Shown in pieces: positions 1-11,303 of a stretch of DNA of 58,824 nt (within the stretch, counting starts at the first letter, position 1; every line of letters begins with the position of its first letter). Origin of the DNA: Nemertoderma westbladi (lineage: Eukaryota > Animalia > Xenacoelomorpha); contig JAUCBJ010003222.1 of the NCBI GenBank assembly GCA_032718475.1, forward strand, positions 1-58,824, read 5' to 3'. The notes beneath the pieces were generated by a model that was given only the letters and a program-made list of their open reading frames with translations, was not told the origin of the DNA and ran no database searches. The position numbers were made by a program, and so were the translations under genes.

Positions 1-1304
1 GAGACCTCGGCATACCAACAAACTATCGTGAGATCTGTCTGCTTGTGGTATCTGCCAAAATATACAATAAAATGATTCTATATAGGATTACGCCTCACAT
101 AGAGAAACTACTGCGTAAGAGCCAAAACGGATTTCGACCAAGTAGATCAACAATAGCTCAGATACTTGCACTACGGAGACTGATTGAAGGAATTAAGTCA
201 AAGAATCTCCCCGCTGTCATGACTTTTGTGGACTTCAAGAAGGCATTCGACTCCATCCATAGAGGTAAAATGCTTGAAATCCTAAGAGCATATGGAATAC
301 CAGAAGTAATTGTTGCTGGCATTGGATTGTTATATTGTGATACAGAAGCGCAGGTACTCTCACCAGATGGTGAAACTGAGTTTTTCTCAATCCTGGCTGG
401 CGTACTGCAAGGTGACACATTAGCACCATTACTATTTGTAATTGTGCTGGATTACGCAATGAGGACGGCCACAAAGGGTGAAGACCTGGGATTCACACTT
501 CAAGAACGCAGAAGTAGTAGATATCCGGCAACTACAGTCACAGACACCGACTTTGCGGATGACATCGCCCTGCTCTCTAATACCCTAGCAGATGCACAGC
601 TTCTACTAAATAAAGTGGAGAGGGCTGTTAAGGAGGTTGGATTGCATATAAATGCTACAAAGACCGAATTCATGACCTTTAATGTTGATGGAAACTTGAC
701 AACCATTGATAATAATCAACTAAGGAAGGTCGATGACTTCCAGTACCTTGGATCATGGATAGAGAGTAGCAAAAAGGACATAGAAGTTAGGAAAGCAAAG
801 GCTTGGGTAGCTCTATCAAAAATGGATACCATCTGGAAATCAGATCTCTCCAGGCACCTGAAGACTATGTTCTTTCGAGCCACAGTGGAAAGTGTATTTT
901 TATATGGGGGTGAGACCTGAACACTGACTAAATCACTTGAACAACGAATTGATGGTTGCTACACAAGACTACTAAGGGCAGCCCTAAACATCAGCTGGAG
1001 ACAACACATGACAAACGCCGAGCTTTATGGTACAATACCACCTGTATCAACCACCCTCCGTGAACGCAGATTAAGATTCAGTGGGCACTGCTGGCGAAGT
1101 AAAGACGAGGTCATACCAGATCTACTTTTCTGGCAACAAACTCATGGAAAGCGTAGTCATGGACGACCGGCCATGACATATATAGATCAACTTGAAAGGG
1201 ATACTGAACTTAGGAGAAACGAAATTGCGACAACTATGGAGAATCGGGAAGCCTGGAAGGATCTCATTTCCACTGTCCGAGTTCGCTCGACCTAGTAGTA
1301 GTAG
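1..1304 (+). pseudogene. RTE-clade non-LTR retrotransposon, RT domain and 3' end
   Basis: RT motifs QNGFR, FVDFKKAFDS, GVLQGDTLAP, DFADD, FQYLGS in ORF 45..920. A TGG>TGA nonsense codon at 918-920 is followed in frame by the RTE C-terminus (RLRFSGHCWR...GKRSHGRP) to 1295, then a (TAG)4 tail at 1293-1304. Confidence 0.92.
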
Positions 1305-1399
1305 TGTCAGTCAATTATCTTTGATAATTATACAGAGTGTGTTGTGCAATTGAATTTTTAGGAATTGAAGAATTACTGTAAAAAACAATGACCCTTCTC

Positions 1400-1810
1400 A
1401 AGTGATCACCGCCTTATTGTGGCCAAGGTAAGACTTAGTCTGCGTGCTAGCAGAACAACGAAATCTGCCTTGCCGTGGCATGACTGGTCCTCTCTGTTGC
1501 AACAGCCAAGTGTCCAGCTTCACACTACAGCTGAGCAACAGGTATGAGATTCTTGCCTCTGAGGCGGCAGATCACTGCGAGGGCTATACTGCTTTCACAG
1601 AAGCAGTTAAGTTAGCAGCTGCAGAAACAGTTCCTGTATACCCTCGAAACAGGAAAAGGGCCCCCTGGACTGACAACAAAATCCAGAAGTGCCAAAATGT
1701 CCTATATAAAGCGCAGAAAGAGTCCCGACTCAAACAGACTACAGCAGCCAAGAATGCAGTTAAGGCTGCATCTAGGTCCCTGAACAGGCAGTACTCTGTT
1801 CTACAGGAGC
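1400..1810 (+). pseudogene. RTE-like LINE fragment (end of APE endonuclease plus linker)
   Basis: SDHRLIVAKVRLSLRA, then after a frameshift FTLQLSNRYEIL...KRAPW; parallels SDHRIVTAEIRLSLRA...YTVEVQNCFEAL...YVPW in ORF 50579..51592. Confidence 0.75.
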
Positions 1811-1890
1811 TAATAAACCAACAGGTTGTTAATGTCACACATGACATTACTGACCAATTTAGTATTAAAGATATTGCTAAATGAGCACCT

Positions 1891-2372
1891 TTGGCAATTA
1901 TCCTAGTAACTGGGGTAAATAATAATAAATTCGAGTGTGAGGCGTTACCAGACACTGGCGCTGACGCACCTATAGTTCCTGTCAGTATCTTAGACAAAAA
2001 TAATTTGGTAAACACAGTTAATAAAACGCAGCGCCCAAAAATATTCGCTGCTAATCGACAACTTATTGAATTTTGCGGAACAGTCACCTTAAATATCGAA
2101 TACTATTGTACTAAAATAACTATTACAGCAGTTGTTACTGAGGTAACTAATACATTTATATTACCGTGGTATATTTTGAAAACACTGAAAATTATACCCA
2201 TGTCTTACCCAATTCCCGAACACATTGTACATCAGGTACAATCGGTTGCAGAAGCCGATTCTGCCCGCAATCAGCTGTTAGAAGAATTTGCAGATGTATT
2301 CGATGTTTCTACTTTGACCCCTATGCACATACCACCCATGACAATACATTTGAAAACAAATGCAGTACCATT
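1891..2372 (+). pseudogene. Gypsy/Ty3 pol fragment (aspartic protease and linker)
   Basis: ALPDTGAD catalytic motif, followed by LLEEFADVF...TIHLKTNAVP typical of the Gypsy PR-RT linker; truncated by AT-rich sequence. Confidence 0.8.
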
Positions 2373-2436
2373 TAAATTTTTTTATTTAAATTTTATTAAA
2401 TTATTTAAATTTAAAATTTATCATTTAAATTTAAAT

Positions 2437-3467
2437 TTTTGGTGCTAGCACCAAATTTCGTACCCATCACCAAAAAGTACAAGTTTGCGATGTCCAGTGC
2501 TTTTTTTATTGATTCCATCGGATTTAGGACCCTCATAAACCCGTATAACGCAAGAAATAAGGTGATACTATCTACTTATCAATTTGCATATTTTTCAAAA
2601 TTTGGTGCTGGCATAACAATTTTCACCCACCGGCGAAAAATACAAGTTTGAGAACTCTTATGAAATTTTTACTAATTCCATTGAATTCAGAACCATCACA
2701 AACCCGTATAACGCAAGAAACAAGGTGACACAATCAATTGATATATTTGATGGTTTTCAAAATTTGGTGCTAGCACAACATTTTGCACCCACATCCGAAA
2801 AATACTAGTTTGAGATGTCTAGTTCGATAATTATATTTTCCATTGAATTCAGAACAGCCATAAACCTCTAAAACGCAAGAAATAAATTGTCACACGCAAT
2901 TTTATCTATTGAATGGATTTTCAAAATTTCGGGCTAGCACCAAAATTTGCATACAGCACCGAAAAATACAAGTTTGATACGCTTGGTGCAACTCGTATAT
3001 ATTTCATCGAATCCAGAAACCCAAAAAACCCCAATTGCGTAAAAAACAAGTTTCAAACGTTCAATTTACAAAATTGACTTATTTCAAAATTTGGTGCTGG
3101 CACCAAAATTTGGTACCCGCCGAAAAATACAAGTTTAAAATTTATAAATCAATTGATATGAATTCCATCAAATTTCTAACACCAAAAAACCGGTGTAAAT
3201 CAAAATTAGAGATGTTACAATTCATATTTAATGAAATGTAATTTTCAAAAAACGTCTCAAAAAAAGTGCCAAAAGTAGGGTTAAAAAATGGTGCTATAAC
3301 TCGAAAAGTACCCAATATTTTTGAAAACGGTTTTCACTACTAGGAAGACAATAGATTTTTAGGAAGTCATAAAATTTCAGATTCCCAACTGCGTTTGTTT
3401 CAGAATTATAATAAAAAAAACCACGGGGGGGGGGGTCATATTGACCCCCCCCCCGGGTTTAATAGGG
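2437..3467. mobile_element. Right half of a non-autonomous TTAA-specific (piggyBac-like) DNA transposon
   Basis: Ends ...CCCGGGTTTAATAGGG|TTAA (TTAA at 3468-3471). It is the reverse complement of 51532-54400 and contains about 5 diverged ~163-bp repeats (TTTGGTGCTRGCAC...AAAAATACAAGTTT). Confidence 0.8.
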
Positions 3468-3613
3468 TTAATATCCTCCATAATCTATTGCCCTTCAATT
3501 GACCACTCTTATTGAGAGATAATGTTTCCATTATTATCTAAATAGAATCAATAATTAAGGACTAAATAGATTCCGACCAATTAGTTGGCCCCGGATCATT
3601 CCATGTGTCCCTG

Positions 3614-6600
3614 CCCTGCAAACCATAGCAACATTAAAATAATGTTTATTAACATCTTTATTCATATAATAAAATATTAAAATTCAAATGTTAAACTAAT
3701 GCCAGTTTTAATATTTTTTTGGCAAAGCGCTCGGACCCTGTGCAATAGAAGTGCACTTTTGGCAGTATTTGGTAACAAATATTAATCAGTGTTATTTTAA
3801 CATTGGAATTTTAATAGTTAGTGGATTTCCTACCCTTAACATTCTAATGTTATTCTAACATTAAGCTAATATTGGAATTATTTCATAGCATTCTCATAGC
3901 ATTCCTGATTTAGTTTCTCACTATTTTCTCATTATTATTCTAACATTAGTACATCAATACTAAAACAAGTAACTAGTAACAAGTAACAAGTAACAAGTAA
4001 ACTAAAATACTAAAGATTTTAATGTTATTAAATGCATGGTATATTGTAATAGGCCTACATAGAGTTTCCATATAAACAATGTTATTTCTATAAATGCAAA
4101 AACTTATTACACCTGAACAAAATTGGTGCGGTTTGTTTTATAATATTACAGAATAACAATGGGTAAAAACGCTATTAATTAATATTATAATCATAATGTG
4201 AATAATAATGTTAGTATGTGTACACCCGTTGAAAATATGGAAATGAAACCCACCAACCCAAGACGCAATGCTTTTATCTTATTATCTTATAGCAAATATA
4301 ACTAACAACAGTAATTTATAATAATGTCTGGTTAATCCCCAATGTAGTGCTAATCTCGTAGGTATAAAAACACAGAACGTTTCCGATACATAATAGGACA
4401 ATCTATTACAATTTTATTATTAATTGAAAAAATATTACAAGATAAAAACAATTAAAATTTGATATATATAAAGGTTGACCTATTTATGCACATGTAGGCC
4501 TATATAGTACAAGTTCTTATAAGTCCAATCAAAAGTTAAATTCCAGTCTCTATTTCGTTTTCTATCTTTTCGATTGCGATACACTCCTCGGCTCCTCCAA
4601 CTTTTCTAGCACTGTAAAGTAATTAAGATTACATTAATTAAGATTTCATTGATTACATTTTTAAGATTACCATAAATTTAAGTTGACAGCGAAACGGTAT
4701 TCCATGATATAAGTTAAGAAAATTATGTTATAAATCCTCAAACCTAAACCAACCCACCCACATACATAATATTTAACACACAATTCCTCACCACTATTAT
4801 TTATCTAATACAAAACTAATCTTTCTTTATATACCCATAATCGCACCATTGCATTAAATTATAATGTTTAATTACATTTTGAGGTATATACATTATAATA
4901 TAATTGTACTTACATGTGCTTAGATCCACCAGCGCGCCACGCAACTTGAACAAAATAGTTTGTAATCACTTTCTCTATCTTCGCGTCAACACCATAGGCC
5001 TAGTGTTCAGTGAGAAAGCTAGAAGAAATTTAATTGAAAATTAATTTAAATTTGTATCTCTAACTGAGCCTCGTGCTGCGCGAAGGCCCCACGGACGTGT
5101 TTTGTTAGGTTATTATGTTACGAGCTTCAAACTATAGCAGTTCTTCCTAGGGTACAGAATAAAGTAATTTACTTTACTTTCTTTACATAAAATGAAACAC
5201 AATAATATTATGTTCAAATTATCCTACTGCGTGAATGCGGGGCGAGCCATGAAAGTAAGTGTTCTCTAGATCTGTAGGTCCGTGTTTTGAAATGTTAATA
5301 ACTCGGCTAATTCTCGATGAAATCTAATCAAACTTAGTACACATGTTGTTTGGTAAAAGTTTATAAATTTTCCAATTAGAATTTGCGTGGGGCCTTCAGG
5401 ATGAGCTAATGAAGAAACTAGTATTATGTTGACTATCCTTGCAAGCTTTAGTACAGAATATTGGACGATATGTCAATTTGATAGCACCGGTGTGGAATGT
5501 CTTATGCTAGTTATTTGGTGATCAGATGTACAGGACGAGTGCAACGAGGGTTGTAATGAAGACGAGAGTTTTAAAAATAACTCGTAAACAACCTGGTTTA
5601 GCATATTAGACGGTTGACACTTTATCCAATATTGCCAAAGGAATGTTTTAAAAGGCATATATTTGGTGACCAGGTTGTATAGGAAGAACGCAACAAATTT
5701 TGTAGTGGATACAAGTATCCATCTTATATAAATCGTGTTAAGGCAGGTTAAATACTCAAGTCAAGTTAAATAGTTAAAAATCGTGTAAGGCTAAACTGAA
5801 ATGGACCTCTGCTTTTTACAACCAGTTTATGCATCACTGATTGATATCTTGGAAATGACGGTTTTCGTTTATCTAATAGAGATTAGTACACTTTCTTATA
5901 GATTTTCGTGCTGCGCGAAGGCCCCACAATGTGTCAATAAATGTTAGAAATAAATAAATAAATGTCATATGCCAACTTGCATTAGCGTCAATGTACTGTA
6001 TGTGTACCGGCGTAGCCTATATGTACTGTAACAATATGTGTACTGGCGTATTATACTGTAACAATTCCATATCAGTATGTAACAAATAATATGAAAAATT
6101 GTCTAACCTTTAATACATCTTAGAACGATTAATTTTCCCGATGGCATGTCTAGCGGTTTTTGCATATTTCTCGGCGAATGTGTTTCCATCCATCGTGCAC
6201 AGATGGCAAAACTCGCAGCCGATAATGATTGTGAGAAGTTGGAGAATTCGTCAATCTACAAAGATAAGAAAAAACTCCTCGCTTACTAACATTTTAATGC
6301 TAAAATATATAAACAATTATTACATTAATAAAAATTATTAATTACTGATCTAGAACAAATAATAAGAAATCAAATGAATACGTTTCGAGAACGTATCGAG
6401 CAAAGCAAACAGTCGGCTGAAGCCGGAAGCGATCCGAAGGCTCTTCTTTCGATAGCTACTACCCGAAGGTAGTAAATCTTCAACAATTCCTGATTCTGTT
6501 TTACACAATTTGTTAAATAATTTAATGTCAAATTCGACTTCCCATATAGGATAAAAGGATAAAGATGCCATTATCATTCTCACCTTATACTTTGCCAGTG

Positions 6601-7698
6601 CATTTTTCTCCTTTAGGGCCTTTTCCCATTTGGCTAAATCCTCAGGAGAAGACTACTGGCTGGTCGGGGAACAGGAACTCTGACTGAAGAGTCTCTCCTT
6701 GAATCCATTCCATTATTTTTAAAGTTCCTTGGACACTCTTCAACTCCTCCTTCCTCCTTTATTTCCACCAAGGAGTGAACAATGTTATGTAGAGCGGGCA
6801 TGACAGGCAAAACACCCACCCCGCCCCCCTCTCGAAGTTTGTTTATTGTGCAAAAATTTTTTTAACAATATTTAGATATTTACTGTACTGTAACTAAAAC
6901 GCAAGCGGCCTTTCGGATCTCGTGCGTGGTGTCTGTGGCACATGCCTTATTGGTCTCATTGACAACCGCACATTAGGACTGATATATCTGTAGGGGTGTA
7001 GGCCTACTGTAGGTATGGCTGTATGGAACCGTACTGAAAAACATCCATGTACTGTAAGTTACGGTCCAGGAAAACCAAAAGATGAACACATTTGGTTCAT
7101 GTGGATGCACTGAGTAGGTGTGTTAAACAATCTCCACTGGCAAGGACTGGACAATAACGATAATGAAAACAATGGGGATTCACGTGCAAAGTTCTGTACC
7201 AGAGCAGGGCCTAATAAAGATGACATTAGGATAACATTAGAATAATATTGTCATTCAAAGCAGTTGAAGTATGACCCGCCAACATTCGAAAAACAACGTT
7301 AGAATAACCTTTTCGCATCATTGTTATAACAATGCTATGATTCATCCCCAATGTAAATTCATTTCCAATGAAAATATTCTGATTTGAACATTTCGATAAC
7401 ATTGGAAATACATTATAATATCAATAGTATGGAATATAGTATTAGAACATCATTCAAAATATGTTGCGATTATATGTGTTAAATAATAAACATTGCTGTT
7501 CGAATGTATTCTGAATGTCATTTCACTATCTGAATTTTAATATTAGTATTTAAATATTATTTTAGATTATTTCAATATTAAAATGTAAAATTTTGGGTTT
7601 TTCTCAAATAATTTGTCTCATTGCACTATTGCACAACTTTTTAGCAGCATTAAATTTCAAATACAAAATTAATCCTCGAATACTTCTGGTTTGCAGGG
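3614..7698. mobile_element. EnSpm/CACTA(CMC)-type non-autonomous DNA transposon
   Basis: 12-bp TIR CCCTGCAAACCA/TGGTTTGCAGGG, 2-bp TSD TG (3612-13, 7699-700), many subterminal AACATT/AATGTT repeats; CCC termini with 2-bp TSD fit animal EnSpm. Confidence 0.72.
4550..6680 (-). pseudogene. Decayed multi-exon accessory gene inside the EnSpm-type element (DUF4806-like)
   Basis: Exon-like minus-strand blocks with GT/AG borders: SSPEDLAKWEKALKEKNALAKYK|GTGAG (~6645-6580), LCTMDGNTFAEK (~6200-6110), KIEKVITNYFVQVAWRAGGSKH|GTAAG (~5017-4913). Similarity is by eye only. Confidence 0.35.
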
Positions 7699-8195
7699 TG
7701 TCGATTATATTACGAAAATATCACTTGTTTTAACTCGCTTGTGGCGCTGAGTTGTAAATTATAATTTGCTGTAATGTAGTTAAATTTTGGAGAAAGTCTG
7801 TTCATATTATAATGCATATTATAATACACAATGTGTTTTTTGAATTAAAAACTGACCTATTTTGTGATAATCCGAATAACTAACTCTCTATCCCACTTGG
7901 GTATTTTTGTAAGTAAATATTCATCACATTTCATATAATTTTAGAGAAGCAATAAATACATATTGTAATGTCATTGTTAATAAGTATTTTAATTTTAACA
8001 ATATTTTGATAAATTTAGTAAATAATTTTTGATAGTTCGTTATTTCATTTTGGTTTTTTAAATATGTTTTTGCTATATTGTATATGTAACGTACATAAGT
8101 ATTACACTAGTTGTGTTGTAATACACGTTTTTTCTTATACTTAAAAGGTTAAACTAAATCGCAGTTGGTAATGTTTTACAGTAATCACGCAGTTA

Positions 8196-8261
8196 GGAGA
8201 GTTTATCTTAATTGAACTAATTTAGAGTGGAATTACGGAGATTAAACATGTTTATATAAAG
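8196..8261 (+). repeat. 66-bp target-site duplication, left copy
   Basis: Identical to 19229..19294. Confidence 0.93.
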
Positions 8262-8589
8262 ATAGATAGATAGATTTATTTATACATTATGTAAAAACAA
8301 TAACAAATACACCAAACAATGTACCGGTATAAAGGTATTGTCCAACATAACATATAGGATTACCCCTAAAGCTTTGCAGCTTATTTCCAAGGGGGTCCTT
8401 TATGTTACTTGGTTACAAATACAATATTACACTACGCTAACCTAAAACCAATATAAAACGTAATTACACTATGTACATGTACAACTTTACCGAGAGCGTG
8501 ACAATGCCCGACTCAACGATAAAGATGTAATGTACAGAACAATTTATTATAAAACGTAATTACAGTATAAATAGTAAATAATTAATAAA

Positions 8590-10619
8590 CTAATAACTTA
8601 CTGTAGGACTATTGTACCTATTTTTACATTGCACACGGAGATGAGATTTAACTGCAGATTTAAAAGAATGTTGAATATTTAGGTTTTTAATTTCATTAGG
8701 CAGAGCGTTCCAATTTTTTATGCCGTTAAAAAAGAAAGTATCAGATTCAAAGGATTTACAATTCGGAAGGTAGAAGTTTGAAGCACTAGCTCTGGTACTG
8801 TAAGAGTGTGTATCGCGTACTCTGTTGAATTTTTGTTTTAGGTAATTGGGACATTTACCATTATACACTTTATGCACATGGTTAAGGCGTAGCTGCTTAA
8901 CTCTACTATCTAAGTTAAGTAGTCCAGATTCAGAAAAGTCATCTGGAGTTAGGTGGTGCCTAGGTTTGTAGTCTTTAATAAATCGTACTACTTTATTCTG
9001 AGCTACTTGTAATTTACATTTAAGCTGTTTGGTTAAGCCTTCATACCAAGAAGAGCACGCATAGTCCATGTGACACTGTATTAAAGGAGAGCAAAGTAAC
9101 TTGCGGGAGTCGGTGTTCAAACTATTTTTATTTCTGTATAGAAACCTAAGCCTACTGTTAACTTTCGAGAAAATATTTTTCACTGTACTTTCTCCTGATA
9201 AGCAGTTATCCAATGTGGCGCCTAAATATTTAACTTCCTTTTTATTTTCAATCTTATGTCCATTACTAGTGACTTCAAACTTAGTTACCTTCTTTAACTT
9301 TCTTTTGGAACCAAACAAAATACTTTCAGTTTTACCGTAGTGAATGGATAGCTTATTATCAACCAACCACTCATTACAGGATTCTAGAACTGCACTTAAC
9401 TTTTGGGAAATATGGATAGGATCTTTATGAGAGAAAATAAGAGCACTGTCGTCGGCATATAAAATGAGTTTAAAATCGGGATCTACACTACTTATCATAT
9501 CATTTACATAGCATACAAAAAGCAGAGGACCTAATATACTACCTTGCGGTACACCACAGGTCATCTCTTGTACAGTAGACAGCGATTTGCTAATGACTAC
9601 AGTTTGACCTCTGTCTGACAGGTAGGACTTGAACCAGTCTATAGAACCTACACCCATCAGGCCTAACTTACCAAACATAATTTCATGATCTGCAGTATCG
9701 AAAGCCTTTTGTAGGTCCAACATTACCATACCAGTATATAAACCCTTTGCGTTATTACATTTAATTGTATCAGTTAAGTTAATAAGGCAGGTGTCTGTAG
9801 AATATGATTTACGAAAACCGGACTGAAGTTCATAGATCAGATTTAGCCTACTAAGATGTGCCTCCAGCTGTAGAAAAACAGAACGTTCTAGAATTTTAGA
9901 TACAATACTTAAGATACTAACAGGTCTGTAATTACAGGGTTCTACTTTACTATTCTTTTTATACAGTGGAACAACCTTAGCTAATTTCAGTTCGTCTGGT
10001 ACTACATTATCTACGATAGAGTAATTAATAATAAAAGTAATAGGCACTTTAAGTACCTCAGCACCATCCTTAAGAAAACGGGCAGGTATTAGATCTAGAC
10101 CGGTACTTTTTGAGGCTGATAGGCTAAGTAGATTTTTAAAAACGAAATCCTCAGAAACGGGTTTTAAAAATAACTTTTCTGAATTTTGTAACTTTTCTAA
10201 ATAAAAATTTTTTAGAGTTTCGGACCCTATACTATATTTATTACTTGATAACGGTAATTTCTTAACTAAATTAGAGGCAACATTAGTAAAATAATTATTA
10301 AATAAATTACTAACTAGAGTATGATCATGAATCAGCTCACCGTTATCTTGCAGAACAATATTCGATTTAGATTTAAGGTTTTTATAACCTAAAGATTTTA
10401 GGGTAGACCATAGACTTTTAGGATTATCTTTATTCTCACTTATTTTGTTGTACAAATATTCAGATTTAGCTTTTTTTATTTCCCGTTGGACAAGGTTTCT
10501 ATATTTGCAGTAATTATTATAATCAGCTAAAACACGGTATTTCCTAAATTTATACAAATAGTTATCTCTTTCTCTGATATTACTAAGAATACCCGAGGTC
10601 ATCCAGGGCTCAGTGCGTT
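8590..10619 (-). CDS. LINE ORF 3' part: reverse transcriptase
   Basis: NYRPVS, QSGFRK, DLQKAFD, GVPQGSILGP, YADD, VKYLG. Joins 17662..19129 in frame (..EISLK|QRTEPWMTSG..) when the LTR element and one TSD copy are removed, giving 1165 aa. Confidence 0.93.
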
Positions 10620-10624
10620 GTTTA

Positions 10625-11146
10625 TGTTAGCTTATCCAATTCCGCTAACACAAACCCATAGAGTGAGCCATAAAGCAATATTGGGAGCACGAGGTTGATT
10701 ACCAATCAACCTCGTGTCAGCCCAGTAAACGGGGACAATAGGCCCCAAAGGAGACACACACAATAGGGGTTAGGGGCCAAACCCCTAACCGAGAGAGAAC
10801 ACAGGGAGTGAAGGGAAACACTCCAAAGGGTGCCAACAGGGGTATCAACCAATCAGAGGGGGGAAAGGCATCGATTGAGTAGCAATAAGGCCACCGTGCA
10901 ATATAACCAGTAACCTGTAATCATTCATTCAGTTTACTCAGTCAGATCAGTAGGGTGGAACGGGGACTTCTGTCACCGTCCGCTACCGCCATCATACTTA
11001 TATTACCTGTTGTGTTATACTATATATCAGACTATTATACCTTATACATATTACCCAACATCAGAACTCTTTTACCTTTCACACACGGCGGGGACGCGTG
11101 GATAGAAAACCCAACGGATAAACCGGGATCCGTAGATCCCGTCACA
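10625..11146 (+). repeat. 5' LTR (522 bp)
   Basis: TGTTAG...GTCACA; identical by eye to 17140..17661; CCAAT (~10849) and TATA-like AATATAA (~10900) followed by TCAGT Inr-like motifs. Confidence 0.95.
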
Positions 11147-11247
11147 GTGACAGAATCAGATCCGCCCAGCTGCCCTGACAGTGACAGAACTAGTTCCACC
11201 CAGCTGCCCTGATAGTGACAGAACTAGATCCGCCCAGCTGCCCTGAC
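11146..11247 (+). repeat. 3 x 34-bp tandem repeat at the PBS position
   Basis: AGTGACAGAAYYAGWTCCRCCCAGCTGCCCTGAY starting at 11146, 11180 and 11214. Confidence 0.9.
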
Positions 11248-11303
11248 AGAGATAGAATAGAGCTACCGTCCTAGCTAGCGATGACCAGCTACCAAAGACG
11301 ACG

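Noticed and set aside
10955-11212. Small hydrophobic ORF in the LTR (also 17470..17667)
   Set aside because: GTG start, runs through R/U5, no recognisable motif.
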